Assembly: GCA_946187325.1 (NCBI GenBank)
Contig: CAMHQC010000008.1
Span: forward strand, 20,485 to 84,484
Source: an uncultured Clostridia bacterium
GTDB lineage: Bacteria; Bacillota; Clostridia; Oscillospirales; Acutalibacteraceae
Direction: 5' to 3'
Length of the DNA: 64,000 nucleotides
The notes below the pieces were generated by a model. The model saw only the letters and a list, made by a program, of their open reading frames with translations, ran no database searches and was not told where the DNA came from. Made by a program: the position numbers and the translations under genes. This document shows positions 10,273 through 21,400 of this stretch, in pieces; the stretch's first letter is position 1; every line of letters begins with the position of its first letter.

Positions 10273-10728
10273 TTATTCGTCTTTAATTTCGCAACCTTCA
10301 ACACTGCAGTTAGCGCAGTCATCGTCACAAAATTCGTCGGCAAATAAGCTCGAGAAATCGAACTCTAACTCTCCGCCGCAATTAGGACAACTCATTTCGC
10401 CTTCGATAAGAGTATCCTCATCGACAATTATCTCAGCTCCGCAGTCAGGGCATTTAACCTCGTAATCTGATTCGTCGTTATAATCGTCATCGTCAAAATC
10501 TTCGTATCCGATTTCGTCAATAATATCGAAAAGCTCGTCATTTTGTTCGGTTAAAAACTGAACGTCCTCCTCAATAAAAGTAATTTCGTCGGACATATCG
10601 TAGATTAAATCAAGCATAGCCTCAATAAGCTTACCCTCGGGCTTTGAAGTATCTAAATCAAGCCCTTCGGCTAAACCTTTTAAATAAGCGGCTCTTTCGG
10701 AGATGCTCATATTATCCTTAACTGACAT
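10273..10728 (-). CDS. CD1247-like acidic protein with Zn-ribbon (CPDC...CPNC) and Cys-rich tail
   Basis: ERAAYLKGLAEGL N-terminus typical of this clostridial family, two CxxC pairs, C-terminal CDDDCANCSVEGC. Confidence 0.7.
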   Translation of the reverse strand: MSVKDNMSISERAAYLKGLAEGLDLDTSKPEGKLIEAMLDLIYDMSDEITFIEEDVQFLTEQNDELFDIIDEIGYEDFDDDDYNDESDYEVKCPDCGAEIIVDEDTLIEGEMSCPNCGGELEFDFSSLFADEFCDDDCANCSVEGCEIKDE

Positions 10729-10737
10729 ATGTACTCC

Positions 10738-11295
10738 TTACGCGCGTCCGAGATACTCGCCTGTACGTGTATCAATCTGGATTACTTCTCCCTCGTTGAT
10801 AAAGAGAGGAACCTTTACCTCGGCGCCTGTCTCTACTGTAGCGGGTTTAGTTGCGTTAGTAGCTGTATTGCCGGCAAAACCCGGATCAGTCTTAGTAACC
10901 TCAAGTTCAACAAAGTTAGGCGGTTCTACTCCGAATACGTTTCCTTTGTAAGAAAGAATCTTACAAATCATATTCTCTTTTACAAACTTAAAGTTATCTC
11001 CGAGAACAGAAGCGTTAATCGGAAGCTGCTCCCAAGTTTCTGTATCCATAAAGTAATAGAGTTCACCGTCGTTATAGCTGTACTCCATATCCTTACGGTC
11101 TACGAAAGCCTTAGGATACTTATCGTTAGGGTTGAAGGTTTTTTCAACAACAGAGCCTGTGATAACGTTTCTGATTTTTGTTCTTACAAACGCCGCGCCT
11201 TTACCGGGCTTAACGTGCTGGAATTCGATAATAGAAACAACCTGTCCATCCATTTCGAATGTAACGCCGTTTCTGAAATCACCTGCAGAAATCAT
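10738..11295 (-). CDS. efp: Elongation factor P
   Basis: [25 protein letters not shown] and VPLFINEGE...[11 protein letters not shown]. Confidence 0.98.
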   Translation of the reverse strand: MISAGDFRNGVTFEMDGQVVSIIEFQHVKPGKGAAFVRTKIRNVITGSVVEKTFNPNDKYPKAFVDRKDMEYSYNDGELYYFMDTETWEQLPINASVLGDNFKFVKENMICKILSYKGNVFGVEPPNFVELEVTKTDPGFAGNTATNATKPATVETGAEVKVPLFINEGEVIQIDTRTGEYLGRA

Positions 11296-11339
11296 AATTT
11301 ATACCTCCTGAAAAATTAAAGTATTAACTAATTTATTTA

Positions 11340-11368
11340 ATTATACATAAAAAAGCGGTAAATTGCAA
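11340..11368 (-). promoter_or_regulatory. SigA promoter of efp
   Basis: TTGCAA-17 bp-TATAAT with TG extension. Confidence 0.75.
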
Positions 11369-11371
11369 GTA

Positions 11372-12457
11372 TTATACAATAATTAGTTCTTTACTGAGGG
11401 TCGCGAAGTTTTTATAACCGTTTTCTTTAACTAAAATCATATCCTCAATTCTAACCCCGAATTGGTTTTCAAGATATATTCCCGGTTCAACGGTTATAAC
11501 CATATTCTCGGATAAAATTGTATCGCCCTTTGGGCTTACGGTCGGGTTTTCATGGATATCAAGTCCTACTCCGTGACCTGTAACGTGTCCGAAATTATTA
11601 GAATAACCCGCGTTATCTATAATATCACGCGCTATTTTATCTATCTCACACGCTTTAACTCCTGATTTAACCGCTTTCAGCGCGGTAGTCTGTGCGTTTA
11701 AAACGATATTATAAATCTCTCTTTTATAATCGTCGCAGCAGCCTACCGCGACAGTTCTTGTCATATCGCTGTGATAGCCTTTATACAGAGAGCCTATATC
11801 CATAGTAAAGAAGTCTCCCTCGCGGATTATATCTTCACTCGGCACACCGTGAGGTAGTGAAGTTTTTTTACCTGTAATTGTGATTAAATCAAAGCTTACG
11901 TCAGACGCGCCGTAGATTTTCAATAATCTTTCAAGCTCTATAGATATAGTACGTTCGCTTACGCCCGGCTTAATATAATTTAAAACCTCGTTATACGCTT
12001 TTTCGGTTATGTCCTGAGCTTTTTGAAGTAAAGTAATTTCTTCTTCACTTTTAATGTGTCTTAGATTAGAAATCTTTTTACTTAAACTGTCGTCTGATAT
12101 AAGGGATAGTCCTTTAGAATTAAAGCTTTTTAAATAACTGTGATAAGCCTTTAGTGTTATATGCTCCGATTCAATAAATAAGGTATTTATAGAATGTTTT
12201 TTACATACGGCGGATATATCCGCTATTAGATTTTTAAATTCTATTACTTCACAGTTTTCACATACGTTTTTAGCCAATTCAATATATCTGAAATCCACAA
12301 ACAGATAGGCTTTATCTAAAGTGATTAATATCTTACCCTCGCTGTTTAAAGCTCCGCTAAGGTAGTAGACGTTTTTTTCGTCGGTAATAAAAAGCGCCTT
12401 TGACTTATCGTCAAGCAGATTTCTTAATTTATCTATTCTATTAATAAAAACGGACAA
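11372..12457 (-). CDS. Xaa-Pro aminopeptidase (M24 family)
   Basis: Creatinase N-domain plus DIGSLYKGYHSDMTRT, GHGVGLDIHE, TVEPGIY and GVRIED. aroQ-pepP-efp synteny. Confidence 0.92.
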   Translation of the reverse strand: MSVFINRIDKLRNLLDDKSKALFITDEKNVYYLSGALNSEGKILITLDKAYLFVDFRYIELAKNVCENCEVIEFKNLIADISAVCKKHSINTLFIESEHITLKAYHSYLKSFNSKGLSLISDDSLSKKISNLRHIKSEEEITLLQKAQDITEKAYNEVLNYIKPGVSERTISIELERLLKIYGASDVSFDLITITGKKTSLPHGVPSEDIIREGDFFTMDIGSLYKGYHSDMTRTVAVGCCDDYKREIYNIVLNAQTTALKAVKSGVKACEIDKIARDIIDNAGYSNNFGHVTGHGVGLDIHENPTVSPKGDTILSENMVITVEPGIYLENQFGVRIEDMILVKENGYKNFATLSKELIIV

Positions 12458-12889
12458 TTAAATCATTCCTTCAAAAGCGCTTACGGCGAGTTTATAGCTA
12501 TTCTTACCGAAACCCGCTATCTGACCTACACATACAGGAGCTATTACAGATGTATGTCTAAATTCCTCCCTGGCGTGAATATTTGACATATGAACTTCTA
12601 CAAACGGAATATTAACACTCGAGATAGCGTCTCTAAGCGCGTAGCTGTAATGAGTAAGCGCTCCCGCGTTTATAATAGCGCCGTCATATTTCCCGAGCGC
12701 GTCATGGATTTTATCTATAATACCGCCCTCGTGATTAGACTGGTAAATATCGCAGTTAAATCCTTTAGTCTCGGCAAAAGCAATAATTTCGTTATTAATA
12801 CTTTCGGCAGTATCAGTACCGTATATTCCTTTTTCACGAATACCAACCATATTAAGGTTAGGACCGAGTAATAAAAGAATGTTTTTCAT
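12458..12889 (-). CDS. aroQ: Type II 3-dehydroquinate dehydratase
   Basis: [21 protein letters not shown] and [15 protein letters not shown]. Confidence 0.96.
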   Translation of the reverse strand: MKNILLLLGPNLNMVGIREKGIYGTDTAESINNEIIAFAETKGFNCDIYQSNHEGGIIDKIHDALGKYDGAIINAGALTHYSYALRDAISSVNIPFVEVHMSNIHAREEFRHTSVIAPVCVGQIAGFGKNSYKLAVSAFEGMI

Positions 12890-12910
12890 AGGAATATTTC
12901 CTCCTTAATA

Positions 12911-12938
12911 TAAAAATAAAGCGGACAAACGTCCGCTT
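12911..12938 (-). terminator. Intrinsic terminator after rpsU
   Basis: aagcggac-loop-gtccgctt followed by tttattttt on the minus strand. Confidence 0.8.
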
Positions 12939-12942
12939 AATT

Positions 12943-13119
12943 TTATCTGTATTTACGTTTACGAGCTGCTTCGGACTTCTTCTTACGCTTTACGGAAGGC
13001 TTCTCGTAAGCTTCTCTCTTGCGAACTTCGGCGATAACGCCTGCTCTCGCGCACTGTTTCTTAAATCTTCTTAATGCGCTCTCGAGAGATTCATTCTCTT
13101 TAAGTCTTACTTCTGACAT
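12943..13119 (-). CDS. rpsU: 30S ribosomal protein S21 (missing from the ORF track, 58 aa)
   Basis: Hand translation [58 protein letters not shown], with a GGAGGG RBS. Confidence 0.97.
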   Translation of the reverse strand: MSEVRLKENESLESALRRFKKQCARAGVIAEVRKREAYEKPSVKRKKKSEAARKRKYR

Positions 13120-13169
13120 TCTATATCCCTCCCATCAATATGGGTAATTTGCATACCAATGCATTAGTT

Positions 13170-13199
13170 ATTATACAACAAGTAGACATAAAATGTCAA
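13170..13199 (-). promoter_or_regulatory. SigA promoter of rpsU
   Basis: TTGACA-18 bp-TATAAT with TG extension. Confidence 0.8.
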
Positions 13200-13242
13200 T
13201 ACCTATCAAAAAATTAGTTAAAAAATACTAAAAAGCATATTT

Positions 13243-15657
13243 TTACGGTTTTACAACAATATTTACAATTCTGCCTTTTACGTAGATTTCTTTAACTATA
13301 TTCATTCCGTCAATCGCTTTGGCTACATTTTCGTCAGCTTTAGCGAGATTAAGAACCTCGGCCTGTTCAGCGTCAGGGGTTATGTTGAGCTTAGTCTTAA
13401 TCTTTCCGTTTACCTGTACGGCGATTTCGATAGTTTCTTCGACGCATTTGCTTTCGTCGTATTCAGGCCAGCTCTGCTCGGCTACTATTCCCTCGCCTAA
13501 GTTACATACATCCCATACTTCTTCGCTCACATGCGGTGAGAACGGATTTAAGAGGATTGCAAATATAGCTAACTCTTTCTTTGAAACCGAGCCGAAAGAT
13601 GTAATCTCGTTGATTAAGGACATTAAAGCCGCGATCGCTGTATTGAACTTGATATTCTCGATATCTTCGCCGACTTTCTTAATTGTTTTATGGAAGGCGC
13701 TTTCGAGTTCAGGTCTTATAACGTCCTCGTCTACTAAGATATTCTGCAAATTCCAGAATCTTTCGATAAATCTTCTGCAACCTCTGATACTTGAGGTTTT
13801 CCACGGAGCGGCTTTCTCGAAGTCACCGATAAACATCTCGTAAAGACGCATTGTATCAGCGCCGTATTCCTCGACAATCTCATCGGGATTTACGACATTT
13901 CCTCTTGACTTAGACATCTTCTCGCCGTTTTCGCCGAGAATCATACCGTGGCTTGTGCGCTTAGCGTAAGGCTCCTTAGTCGGAACGATACCTAAATCAT
14001 ATAAGAACTTGTGCCAGAACCGGCTGTAGAGTAAATGAAGCGTAGTATGTTCCATACCGCCGTTATACCAATCTACAGGCGACCAATACTCTAAAGCTTC
14101 CTTGGAAGCTAAAGCTTCGCTGTTGTGAGGATCCATATATCTTAAGAAATACCATGATGAACCCGCCCACTGAGGCATAGTGTCGGTTTCTCTTACAGCT
14201 TTTCCGCCGCAACAAGGACATGTTGTGTTTATCCAATCGGTCATCTTAGCGAGCGGTGATTCGCCTGTATCAGTAGGCTCGTAAGAATCAACCATAGGGA
14301 GTTTAAGCGGTAATTCGCTTTCGTCTATCGGAACATATCCGCATTTTTCGCAGTAAACTATCGGGATAGGCTCACCCCAGTAACGCTGACGTGAGAATAC
14401 CCAGTCACGAAGCTTATAATTAACCTTAGCTCGACCAAGTTTATTATCCTCAAGCCATTTAATCATTTTTTCTTTAGCATCTTCTACAGATAAGCCGTCG
14501 ATAAATCCTGAGTTTGTGAGAATACCCGTAGCGCAGTCGGTAAATGCTTCTTCCTGAACATTCTTGCCGCCCTTAACAACTTCGACAATCGGTAAGTTGA
14601 ATTTCTTAGCGAACTCCCAGTCACGTGTGTCATGCGCGGGTACAGCCATAATCGCTCCTGTACCGTAAGATACAAGCACATAATCAGATACGAAAATAGG
14701 AATCTTTTTATTATTAACAGGGTTAACCGCTTCTACTCCGTCTAAACGGACGCCTGTCTTTTCTTTAGCTACCTCGGTACGCTCAAAATCAGACTTTTTG
14801 GAAGCCTCGAGCTGATAAGCTCTTATTTCGTCAATATTATTAAGCTTATCCGCCCATTTCTCAATAAGAGGATGCTCCGGCGAGATAACCATATATGTAG
14901 CTCCGAAAAGCGTATCGCAGCGGGTTGTATAAACAGTAAGGGTATCGCCTGTTGTTGCGGTAAAATCAACCTCAGCGCCTGTGGAACGACCGATCCAGTT
15001 AATCTGCTGAGCCTTAACACGAGCGGGATAATCTACTAAATCGAGGTCGTTAATTAATCTGTCGGCATACTCGGTAATTTTAAGCATCCACTGAGATTTA
15101 ACCTTACGAATAACCTCGCTTCCGCAACGCTCGCAATTACCGTTAACAACTTCCTCGTTAGCTAATACGCATTTACAGGAAGTACACCAGTTAACGTTCA
15201 TTTCTTTTTTATAAGCAAGTCCCTTTTTGAAGAGCTGTAAGAAAATCCACTGAGTCCATTTATAGTATTCGGGATCGGTGGTGTTGACCTCACGACTCCA
15301 ATCAAAAGAAATACCGAGCGATTGAATCTGTTTTTTAAATCTAGCGATATTCTGTTTAGTTACAATTTCGGGGTGAATATGGTTTTTGATAGCGTAGTTC
15401 TCCGTAGGAAGTCCAAACGCGTCCCATCCTATAGGATACAGCACATTATAGCCCTGTAATCTGCGCTTACGGGCTACTGTATCTAAAGCGGTATAAGGAC
15501 GAGGATGTCCTACATGTAAGCCTTGTCCCGACGGATACGGAAACTCGATTAAAGCGTAGAACTTTTCCTTTGTAGTATCGTTTTCAGCGTGAAAGACGCC
15601 CTTATCTTCCCATATTTTTTGCCACTTAGGTTCAACGTTTTTATGATTATACTTCAA
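13243..15657 (-). CDS. leuS: Leucine--tRNA ligase
   Basis: [12 protein letters not shown] (HIGH), [12 protein letters not shown] editing domain and KMSKS. Confidence 0.98.
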   Translation of the reverse strand: MKYNHKNVEPKWQKIWEDKGVFHAENDTTKEKFYALIEFPYPSGQGLHVGHPRPYTALDTVARKRRLQGYNVLYPIGWDAFGLPTENYAIKNHIHPEIVTKQNIARFKKQIQSLGISFDWSREVNTTDPEYYKWTQWIFLQLFKKGLAYKKEMNVNWCTSCKCVLANEEVVNGNCERCGSEVIRKVKSQWMLKITEYADRLINDLDLVDYPARVKAQQINWIGRSTGAEVDFTATTGDTLTVYTTRCDTLFGATYMVISPEHPLIEKWADKLNNIDEIRAYQLEASKKSDFERTEVAKEKTGVRLDGVEAVNPVNNKKIPIFVSDYVLVSYGTGAIMAVPAHDTRDWEFAKKFNLPIVEVVKGGKNVQEEAFTDCATGILTNSGFIDGLSVEDAKEKMIKWLEDNKLGRAKVNYKLRDWVFSRQRYWGEPIPIVYCEKCGYVPIDESELPLKLPMVDSYEPTDTGESPLAKMTDWINTTCPCCGGKAVRETDTMPQWAGSSWYFLRYMDPHNSEALASKEALEYWSPVDWYNGGMEHTTLHLLYSRFWHKFLYDLGIVPTKEPYAKRTSHGMILGENGEKMSKSRGNVVNPDEIVEEYGADTMRLYEMFIGDFEKAAPWKTSSIRGCRRFIERFWNLQNILVDEDVIRPELESAFHKTIKKVGEDIENIKFNTAIAALMSLINEITSFGSVSKKELAIFAILLNPFSPHVSEEVWDVCNLGEGIVAEQSWPEYDESKCVEETIEIAVQVNGKIKTKLNITPDAEQAEVLNLAKADENVAKAIDGMNIVKEIYVKGRIVNIVVKP

Positions 15658-15661
15658 AATT

Positions 15662-16024
15662 TTACCTCCCGTTACTTAAAACTTCCGTCAGGTCGATTTC
15701 TTTACCGTCCTGCCATAGACGTTCCAAGTTATAAAACTCACGAGCTTCCTCGTTAAATACATTAACAATTATATCTACATAATCAAGTAAAATCCAGCTG
15801 TTAGAGCGGTGACCTTCTATATGGCTTACAGATACGCCAAGCTCGTCCATTTTAAACTCAACCTCGTCGGCTAAAGCTTTTACCTGTGTGCTGCTTCTAC
15901 CTGTAGCGATAACCATATAATCAGCCAAAATAGTTACATCGGAAATCTCGATAACTTTAATGTCCTCGGCAATTTTGCTGTCGAGTATTTTAGCTATCCT
16001 TATAGCCTGTTCATAAGTTGTCAT
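15662..16024 (-). CDS. rsfS: Ribosome silencing factor
   Basis: [14 protein letters not shown] and [14 protein letters not shown]...[10 protein letters not shown]. Confidence 0.95.
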   Translation of the reverse strand: MTTYEQAIRIAKILDSKIAEDIKVIEISDVTILADYMVIATGRSSTQVKALADEVEFKMDELGVSVSHIEGHRSNSWILLDYVDIIVNVFNEEAREFYNLERLWQDGKEIDLTEVLSNGR

Positions 16025-16605
16025 TACAGCAACCCTTTCTCTTGTAAAGTATATATAATATCATTATAACAATTTATAGCGTTGCTATGTATTGTTAAAT
16101 TTCTATTTGCTAAATCTGTAATTGTAAATTTTAATCCAAACAACATAGCGTCTTCAAGGCAGTTAAAGGCCTTTTTACGCATTATATCAACACCGTTGTA
16201 ATTACGTTCATCGCTTATAAAATCAGCGACAAATATAATTTTTTCGAGTAAAGACATTCCCTCTCTGCCTGTGGTATGAAATTTGATTGAATTAATAATA
16301 TCCTCATCGTATATATTAAGCGTATCGCGGACATACACACTTCCCGCGATCGAGTGCCATAGCTTAGAGGATTTCTTTTCGACCGCGTCAAGTATTATAC
16401 CACCGTCACAAATTATTTGCAACATTTCTTCTTTCGGAATCTCTTTACAACAATCGTGTAAAATGCCCGCTGTTTCCGCTTTATATACATCAGCGTTATA
16501 TTGTTTAGCCAATTCAACAGCCGATTTAGCGACGTTAAGGCTGTGAATATAACGTTTCTTTCCCATACGCGTTCTAATTAAAGAACAATACTCCTCAATA
16601 CTCAC
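16024..16605 (-). CDS. yqeK: HD-domain Ap4A hydrolase YqeK
   Basis: RYIHSLNV, LHDCCKE, WH, HTTG and ADFI. GTG start. Confidence 0.92.
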   Translation of the reverse strand: MSIEEYCSLIRTRMGKKRYIHSLNVAKSAVELAKQYNADVYKAETAGILHDCCKEIPKEEMLQIICDGGIILDAVEKKSSKLWHSIAGSVYVRDTLNIYDEDIINSIKFHTTGREGMSLLEKIIFVADFISDERNYNGVDIMRKKAFNCLEDAMLFGLKFTITDLANRNLTIHSNAINCYNDIIYTLQEKGLL

Positions 16606-16607
16606 GA

Positions 16608-16919
16608 TTACACCTTTTTATTCTTAGCTTTAGGAAGCTGAATCTGAGGTTCATCGGGATTAGGTCTATACAAAACAAATTTTGAACCGATAACCTGAAC
16701 CACATCGCAATTAACCTTGGGGTAAATAGAATCCGCAACTTCCCTGGGTGTAAGCGGACAGTGTTCAAGACATTTTCCCTTAATGAGTTCTCTTGCGGTT
16801 AAAGCGTCGTCAACTTGCTTTATAATCTGTTCATTTAAACCGCCCTTCCCTACGTAAATAATTGTATCGATAGGATTGGCTAAGCTTCTTAGATAAGCTC
16901 TTTGCTTACTTGTTAACAT
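16608..16919 (-). CDS. yhbY: YhbY/CRM RNA-binding protein
   Basis: LTSKQRAYLRSLA, VGKGG, ARELIK and QVIG..FVLYR. Confidence 0.93.
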   Translation of the reverse strand: MLTSKQRAYLRSLANPIDTIIYVGKGGLNEQIIKQVDDALTARELIKGKCLEHCPLTPREVADSIYPKVNCDVVQVIGSKFVLYRPNPDEPQIQLPKAKNKKV

Positions 16920-17514
16920 TATTTTCCTCCATATACTTCACCAGCTCAGCTTTAAACATTCTGAGCGCGTTTCCCCTATGACTTACTTTATCTTTTTCCT
17001 CGGCTGAAACCCTTCCGAATGATACACCGTTATACAGGAAGATAGGATCGTATCCGAACCCTCCGTCTCCGTCAGGCTTAGTTGCTATTTTACCGAAACA
17101 TTTGCCCTCGACTTGTATAGTATCGCCGTTCGGAAAAACACAAGTTACAGCACAGGTGTAATGTGCGCCTCTTTCGCTTTCGGGAGTGTTTTCGAGCTTT
17201 TTTAAAATAAGGTTATTCTTATCAACATCGGAAGCGTCCTCGCCCGCGAACCTTGCGGAGTAAATCCCGGGCTCTCCGTTTAAAGCGTCAACACATATCC
17301 CCGAATCATCCGCTATGGCGGGTAAGCCTGTTTTCTCACAAGCAGCGTTTGCTTTAATAAAAGAATTCTCTTTAAAGGATGTACCGTTTTCCTCTACGTC
17401 ATCAAGGCTTATGCCCTCGTCTTTAGGAGATACGGCGTTTATACCTAAAGGAGATAATATTCTTTCGAGTTCTACGAGTTTTTTAGCGTTGTTGGTAGCT
17501 ATGATAAATTTCAT
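16906..17514 (-). CDS. rdgB: RdgB/HAM1 non-canonical purine NTP pyrophosphatase
   Basis: ATNNAKK, ADDSG, PGIYSARF, GFGYDPIF and SHRGNAL. Confidence 0.95.
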   Translation of the reverse strand: MKFIIATNNAKKLVELERILSPLGINAVSPKDEGISLDDVEENGTSFKENSFIKANAACEKTGLPAIADDSGICVDALNGEPGIYSARFAGEDASDVDKNNLILKKLENTPESERGAHYTCAVTCVFPNGDTIQVEGKCFGKIATKPDGDGGFGYDPIFLYNGVSFGRVSAEEKDKVSHRGNALRMFKAELVKYMEENNVNK

Positions 17515-17516
17515 AA

Positions 17517-18437
17517 TCAGTCCTCGTTGCTGAAATCAAAGAGAGCCTTCGAAAATGAGTCAGGATCGAACGGCTGTAAATCATCAATCTGCTCGCCTAC
17601 TCCGATAAACTTTACAGGAACATCAAGAGTGTTTTTGATCGCGAGTACAATTCCGCCCTTCGCGGTACCGTCAAGCTTAGTTAATACGATACCTGTAATG
17701 CCTGTAGCCTCTTTAAAATGTTCAACCTGAGATACGGCGTTCTGCCCTGTTGTAGCGTCTAGTACGAGCAAAATCTCTTTATCAGCGTCGGGTAATTCTC
17801 TGTCAATTATGCGGTTGATTTTGGCAAGCTCGTCCATAAGATGCTTTTTATTATGAAGTCTGCCTGCTGTATCGGCGATAATTATATCTGTACCTCTTGC
17901 TTTAGCGGCTGATATCGCGTCGAATACTACTGCCGCGGGATCGCTGCCCTCGTTTTGTTTGATAATATCGCAACCGCTTCTTTCAGCCCAAATCTGAAGC
18001 TGGTCTATAGCGGCGGCTCTGAATGTATCGGCAGCGGCGAGTAAAACCTTTTTACCGTCGTTTTTAAAACGATTAGCCATTTTGCCGATAGTAGTAGTTT
18101 TGCCGACGCCGTTAACACCGATAACGAGAATAATTGATGGTTTAGTGTTAAGGTTGAGTTCCTGACCTCCTCTTAACATTTCGCTTACGACTTCCTCGAG
18201 AAGCTCCTGAATTTTTCCGGGCTCGGTTGTGCCTGTTTCTTTAACTTTTACTTTAACCTTTTCACAAATATCGTGAGCGGTATTTACTCCGACGTCACCC
18301 ATAACGAGAAGTTCCTCAAGCTCCTCAAAAAGCTCCTCGTCAATTTTTGTAAACGATTTAAGCATAGAACCGATCTGGCCTATAACGCTGTCTCTGGTCT
18401 TTTTTAGACCTTGTTTTATTTTACTGAAAATTCCCAT
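17517..18437 (-). CDS. ftsY: SRP receptor FtsY
   Basis: GVNGVGKTTT, DTFRAAA, DTAGRL and TKLDGTAKGG. Confidence 0.97.
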   Translation of the reverse strand: MGIFSKIKQGLKKTRDSVIGQIGSMLKSFTKIDEELFEELEELLVMGDVGVNTAHDICEKVKVKVKETGTTEPGKIQELLEEVVSEMLRGGQELNLNTKPSIILVIGVNGVGKTTTIGKMANRFKNDGKKVLLAAADTFRAAAIDQLQIWAERSGCDIIKQNEGSDPAAVVFDAISAAKARGTDIIIADTAGRLHNKKHLMDELAKINRIIDRELPDADKEILLVLDATTGQNAVSQVEHFKEATGITGIVLTKLDGTAKGGIVLAIKNTLDVPVKFIGVGEQIDDLQPFDPDSFSKALFDFSNED

Positions 18438-18449
18438 ATTAAAATCCTT

Positions 18450-21400
18450 TTAAATTCCTAATTTATCGCTTACTTCGCTTGCTCGAAGTTCTAAAAGCTT
18501 TGATACGCCCTCGTCCTGCATTGTAACTCCGTATAAAACGTCAGCTTCTTCCATAGTACCTCGTCTGTGGGTAATGAGTATAAACTGGGTTTTATTTGTA
18601 AGACTGCGAACATACTGAGCAAATCTGTCAACGTTTACTTCGTCCAGTGCCGCTTCGATTTCGTCCATTACACAGAACGGAGCGGGACGAACTTTCATTA
18701 TAGCGAAATATAAAGCTATAGCTACTAAAGCTTTTTCGCCTCCCGACAGAGCGTCGAGATGTACAACAATCTTTCCCGGCGGATGAACTATAATATCGAT
18801 ACCGCTGGTTAAAATATCCTCGGGATCGGTCAAGGCGAGCGAAGCTGTACCTCCGCCGAATAGCTCTTTAAATGTGTATGTAAAGTTTCTATTGATTTCT
18901 TCGAAGCTTTTAAGGAATTCCTCCTGCATCTGCTTAGTGAGATCCTTAATCAGTCTTTCGATTTCCTTCTTTGACTTCTCAACGTCATTTACCTGAACGC
19001 TTATGAAGGAATATTTCTCGGAGACTTCCTTGTATTCCTCAATAGCGCCGACGTTTACATTACCTAAGCCTCTGATTTTTGATTTTAGTTGATTGAGTCT
19101 GGTTTTAGCTTCGGAAATATTATCAAGCTTAACCGCGGTTTCTTCCGCTTCTTTTTTAGTAAGCTGATATTCTTCCCAAAGCTTCGATATAATGTTGTCG
19201 TATTCCTTTTGAAGATTTATTCTTCTCTCCTCGAGACGGGCGAGTTCCTGTCCCGCGGCTTCACGCTCGTTAGTTTTCTCTCGTTCGAGATTTCTAAGCT
19301 CTCCCGAACGTTTTTCGAGATCGGCTTTTTTAGAGTTGATTGTATCAATCTCGGCGTTTAAGCATTTAACCTTATCGTCAGAGTTTTTAATATCGCTTAG
19401 CAAAGAGTCGATTCGCTTTTGAGTATCGGAAATTACATTGTTTATTCTATCTATTTCTGATATAATCTCAGCCTTGCGTGAATCTCTGTTTTCCTCGGTA
19501 GAAACCGCGTAGGATATCTCTGAGTTAAGAGTATCAATATCCTTCTTAGCGGTAACAATTTCAAGACGTATATTCTGAAGCTTTTCGCTCATTTTCTCTC
19601 TTTGTTCGGTTAATTTAGAACGATTACCCGTAATCTCCTCAAGTTGAGCTTCATACTCGGAAATAGACCAGTTGATATCATCAAGCTGTTCCTTAGCCTT
19701 TTTCTCGTCGATTTTAAACTGAGCGATTCTGTCTTTACAGCTTTTAATCTCGTTTTCAGCTTCGTCAATAGCTTGCTTTTGGGATTTTAAATCATTCTCA
19801 CAGGCTTTAGCTTCGGTTAAGATACGAACCTGTTCCTGCTTTGAATTAGATAAATCAGCTCTGGTTGCTAGAATTTCGCCCTCGATAGCGGAATAATCTG
19901 AAGACGCTTTCTCAAATAATTTTTCGGATTCCAGCGCTTTTTTATTTAAATCTTCGGCATTCTTTTTGTATTTAGCAATTTCGCCTGCTCTTGAAAGAAG
20001 TCCTGATTTCTTACCTAGCGATCCGCCTGTAAGCGAACCGCCCGCGTTTACAACCTGCCCGTCAAGAGTAACCACCTTAAAACGATAGTTGAATTTTTTT
20101 GCAATTACTGTAGCGCTGTTTAAATCTTCCGCTATAACAATACGTCCGAGCAGATATTTTAGAATATTATTATACTCGGGTTTACAATCGCACAAATCCG
20201 AAGCAATGCCTACAAATCCATAAAAATCGTCAATACCCTTTTCGTTAAACTCTTTAGGCTTAATCGTATTCATAGGTAAAAACGTTGCTCTGCCGCCATC
20301 ACGCTTTTTAAGAAAAGTAATTGCGGACTTCGCGTCTTGTTCCGTAGTTGTGACTACGTTTTGCATTGCGGCGCCGAGGGCAACCTCTATAGCGACTGTG
20401 TATTCGGAAGGCACTTCGATAATACGGGATACAGGCCCTCTGATACCTTTTAACTGACCGTTTTTAGAAGCCTTGACTACGTTTTTAACGGAGTACGAAA
20501 ATCCTTCGAGATTTCTTTCCAAGTCTTCAAGCAGTCTTACACGTCTTAAAGCCTGCTCAGTATCGAGCCTTAAATTATCGGTCTTTTCTTTTAACTCATC
20601 ACGCTTCTTTTTTCGTGATTCCAGCTTTAGCTCTAAACCTTTAATTGAGTTTTCTAAAGATTCTACGTCAGAGTTAATCTTATCAATCTCTTTTTCGTAG
20701 TTTTTAGAAATTTCGAGAGTAGTTTCATACTGTTCGTAACGCTGAGAATTAGAGCTTAAAATATTTTCAATACGTGCCTGGAGTTCGGTAACTGATGTAA
20801 CGCTTGTCATCTGTGTTACTCGGGCGTCGGCTGATTGAGCGGTTAAGCCGGCAAGCTTAGAGCTTAACTCCTGGATTTTGTCTCCGCTTCTGCTGGAATC
20901 GGTATTAATTACATTAAGCTTATCGGAAACTTCATCATAGGATTCCTGTTTTTCAACAATATATTTTTCAAGCTCGGAAATCTTCTCTTTTTTCTTTTCG
21001 ATATCATTGAGAGCGTCTTCGGCATCAATATCAACTTTCTTAATTTCTTCTTTAAGTCTGTCAATGTTTTCTTTATTATGGAGAATATCATTTTCGCTTA
21101 CAGAAACGGAGGATTTTTTAGAGCTTATTTCAGCTATAATATTGTTTATATTCTCTCTGATAGACTCTACATCTGAGGAATACTGAGCGTTTTTGAGATA
21201 GATATTTTCAGTTTCACTCTGGATATTTTCCAATACCTCGTCAGCCTGAGCGTGCTGAAGTCGAGATATCTCTATTTTATCCTCTTCTTCTTTAATTGTT
21301 TTATTACTGTTATTGATGGTGTTAACCCAAAGGGCGATTTCAATATCCTTCTTTTCACCTGAATACTCGAGAAACTTTTCCGCTTTATCAGACTGCTTTT

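Noticed and set aside
10729-11319. 196 aa alternative-frame ORF overlapping efp on the same strand
   Set aside because: Fully nested on efp, no recognisable motif or RBS. Typical shadow of biased codon usage in a highly expressed gene.
12919-12938. Shared GCGGAC/GTCCGC stem in the rpsU terminator and the L20-leader terminator
   Set aside because: Only 6 bp with different loops. Compatible with ordinary terminator composition.
13319-13843. Long antisense ORFs (also 44686-45147, 60512-60994, 32333-32665 and many shorter ones in the track)
   Set aside because: All lie opposite well-supported genes, with Ser/Ile/Phe-rich shadow composition and no motifs.
15658-15661. T-box riboswitch before leuS
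   Set aside because: Only 4 bp separate rsfS and leuS, so there is no room for a leader.
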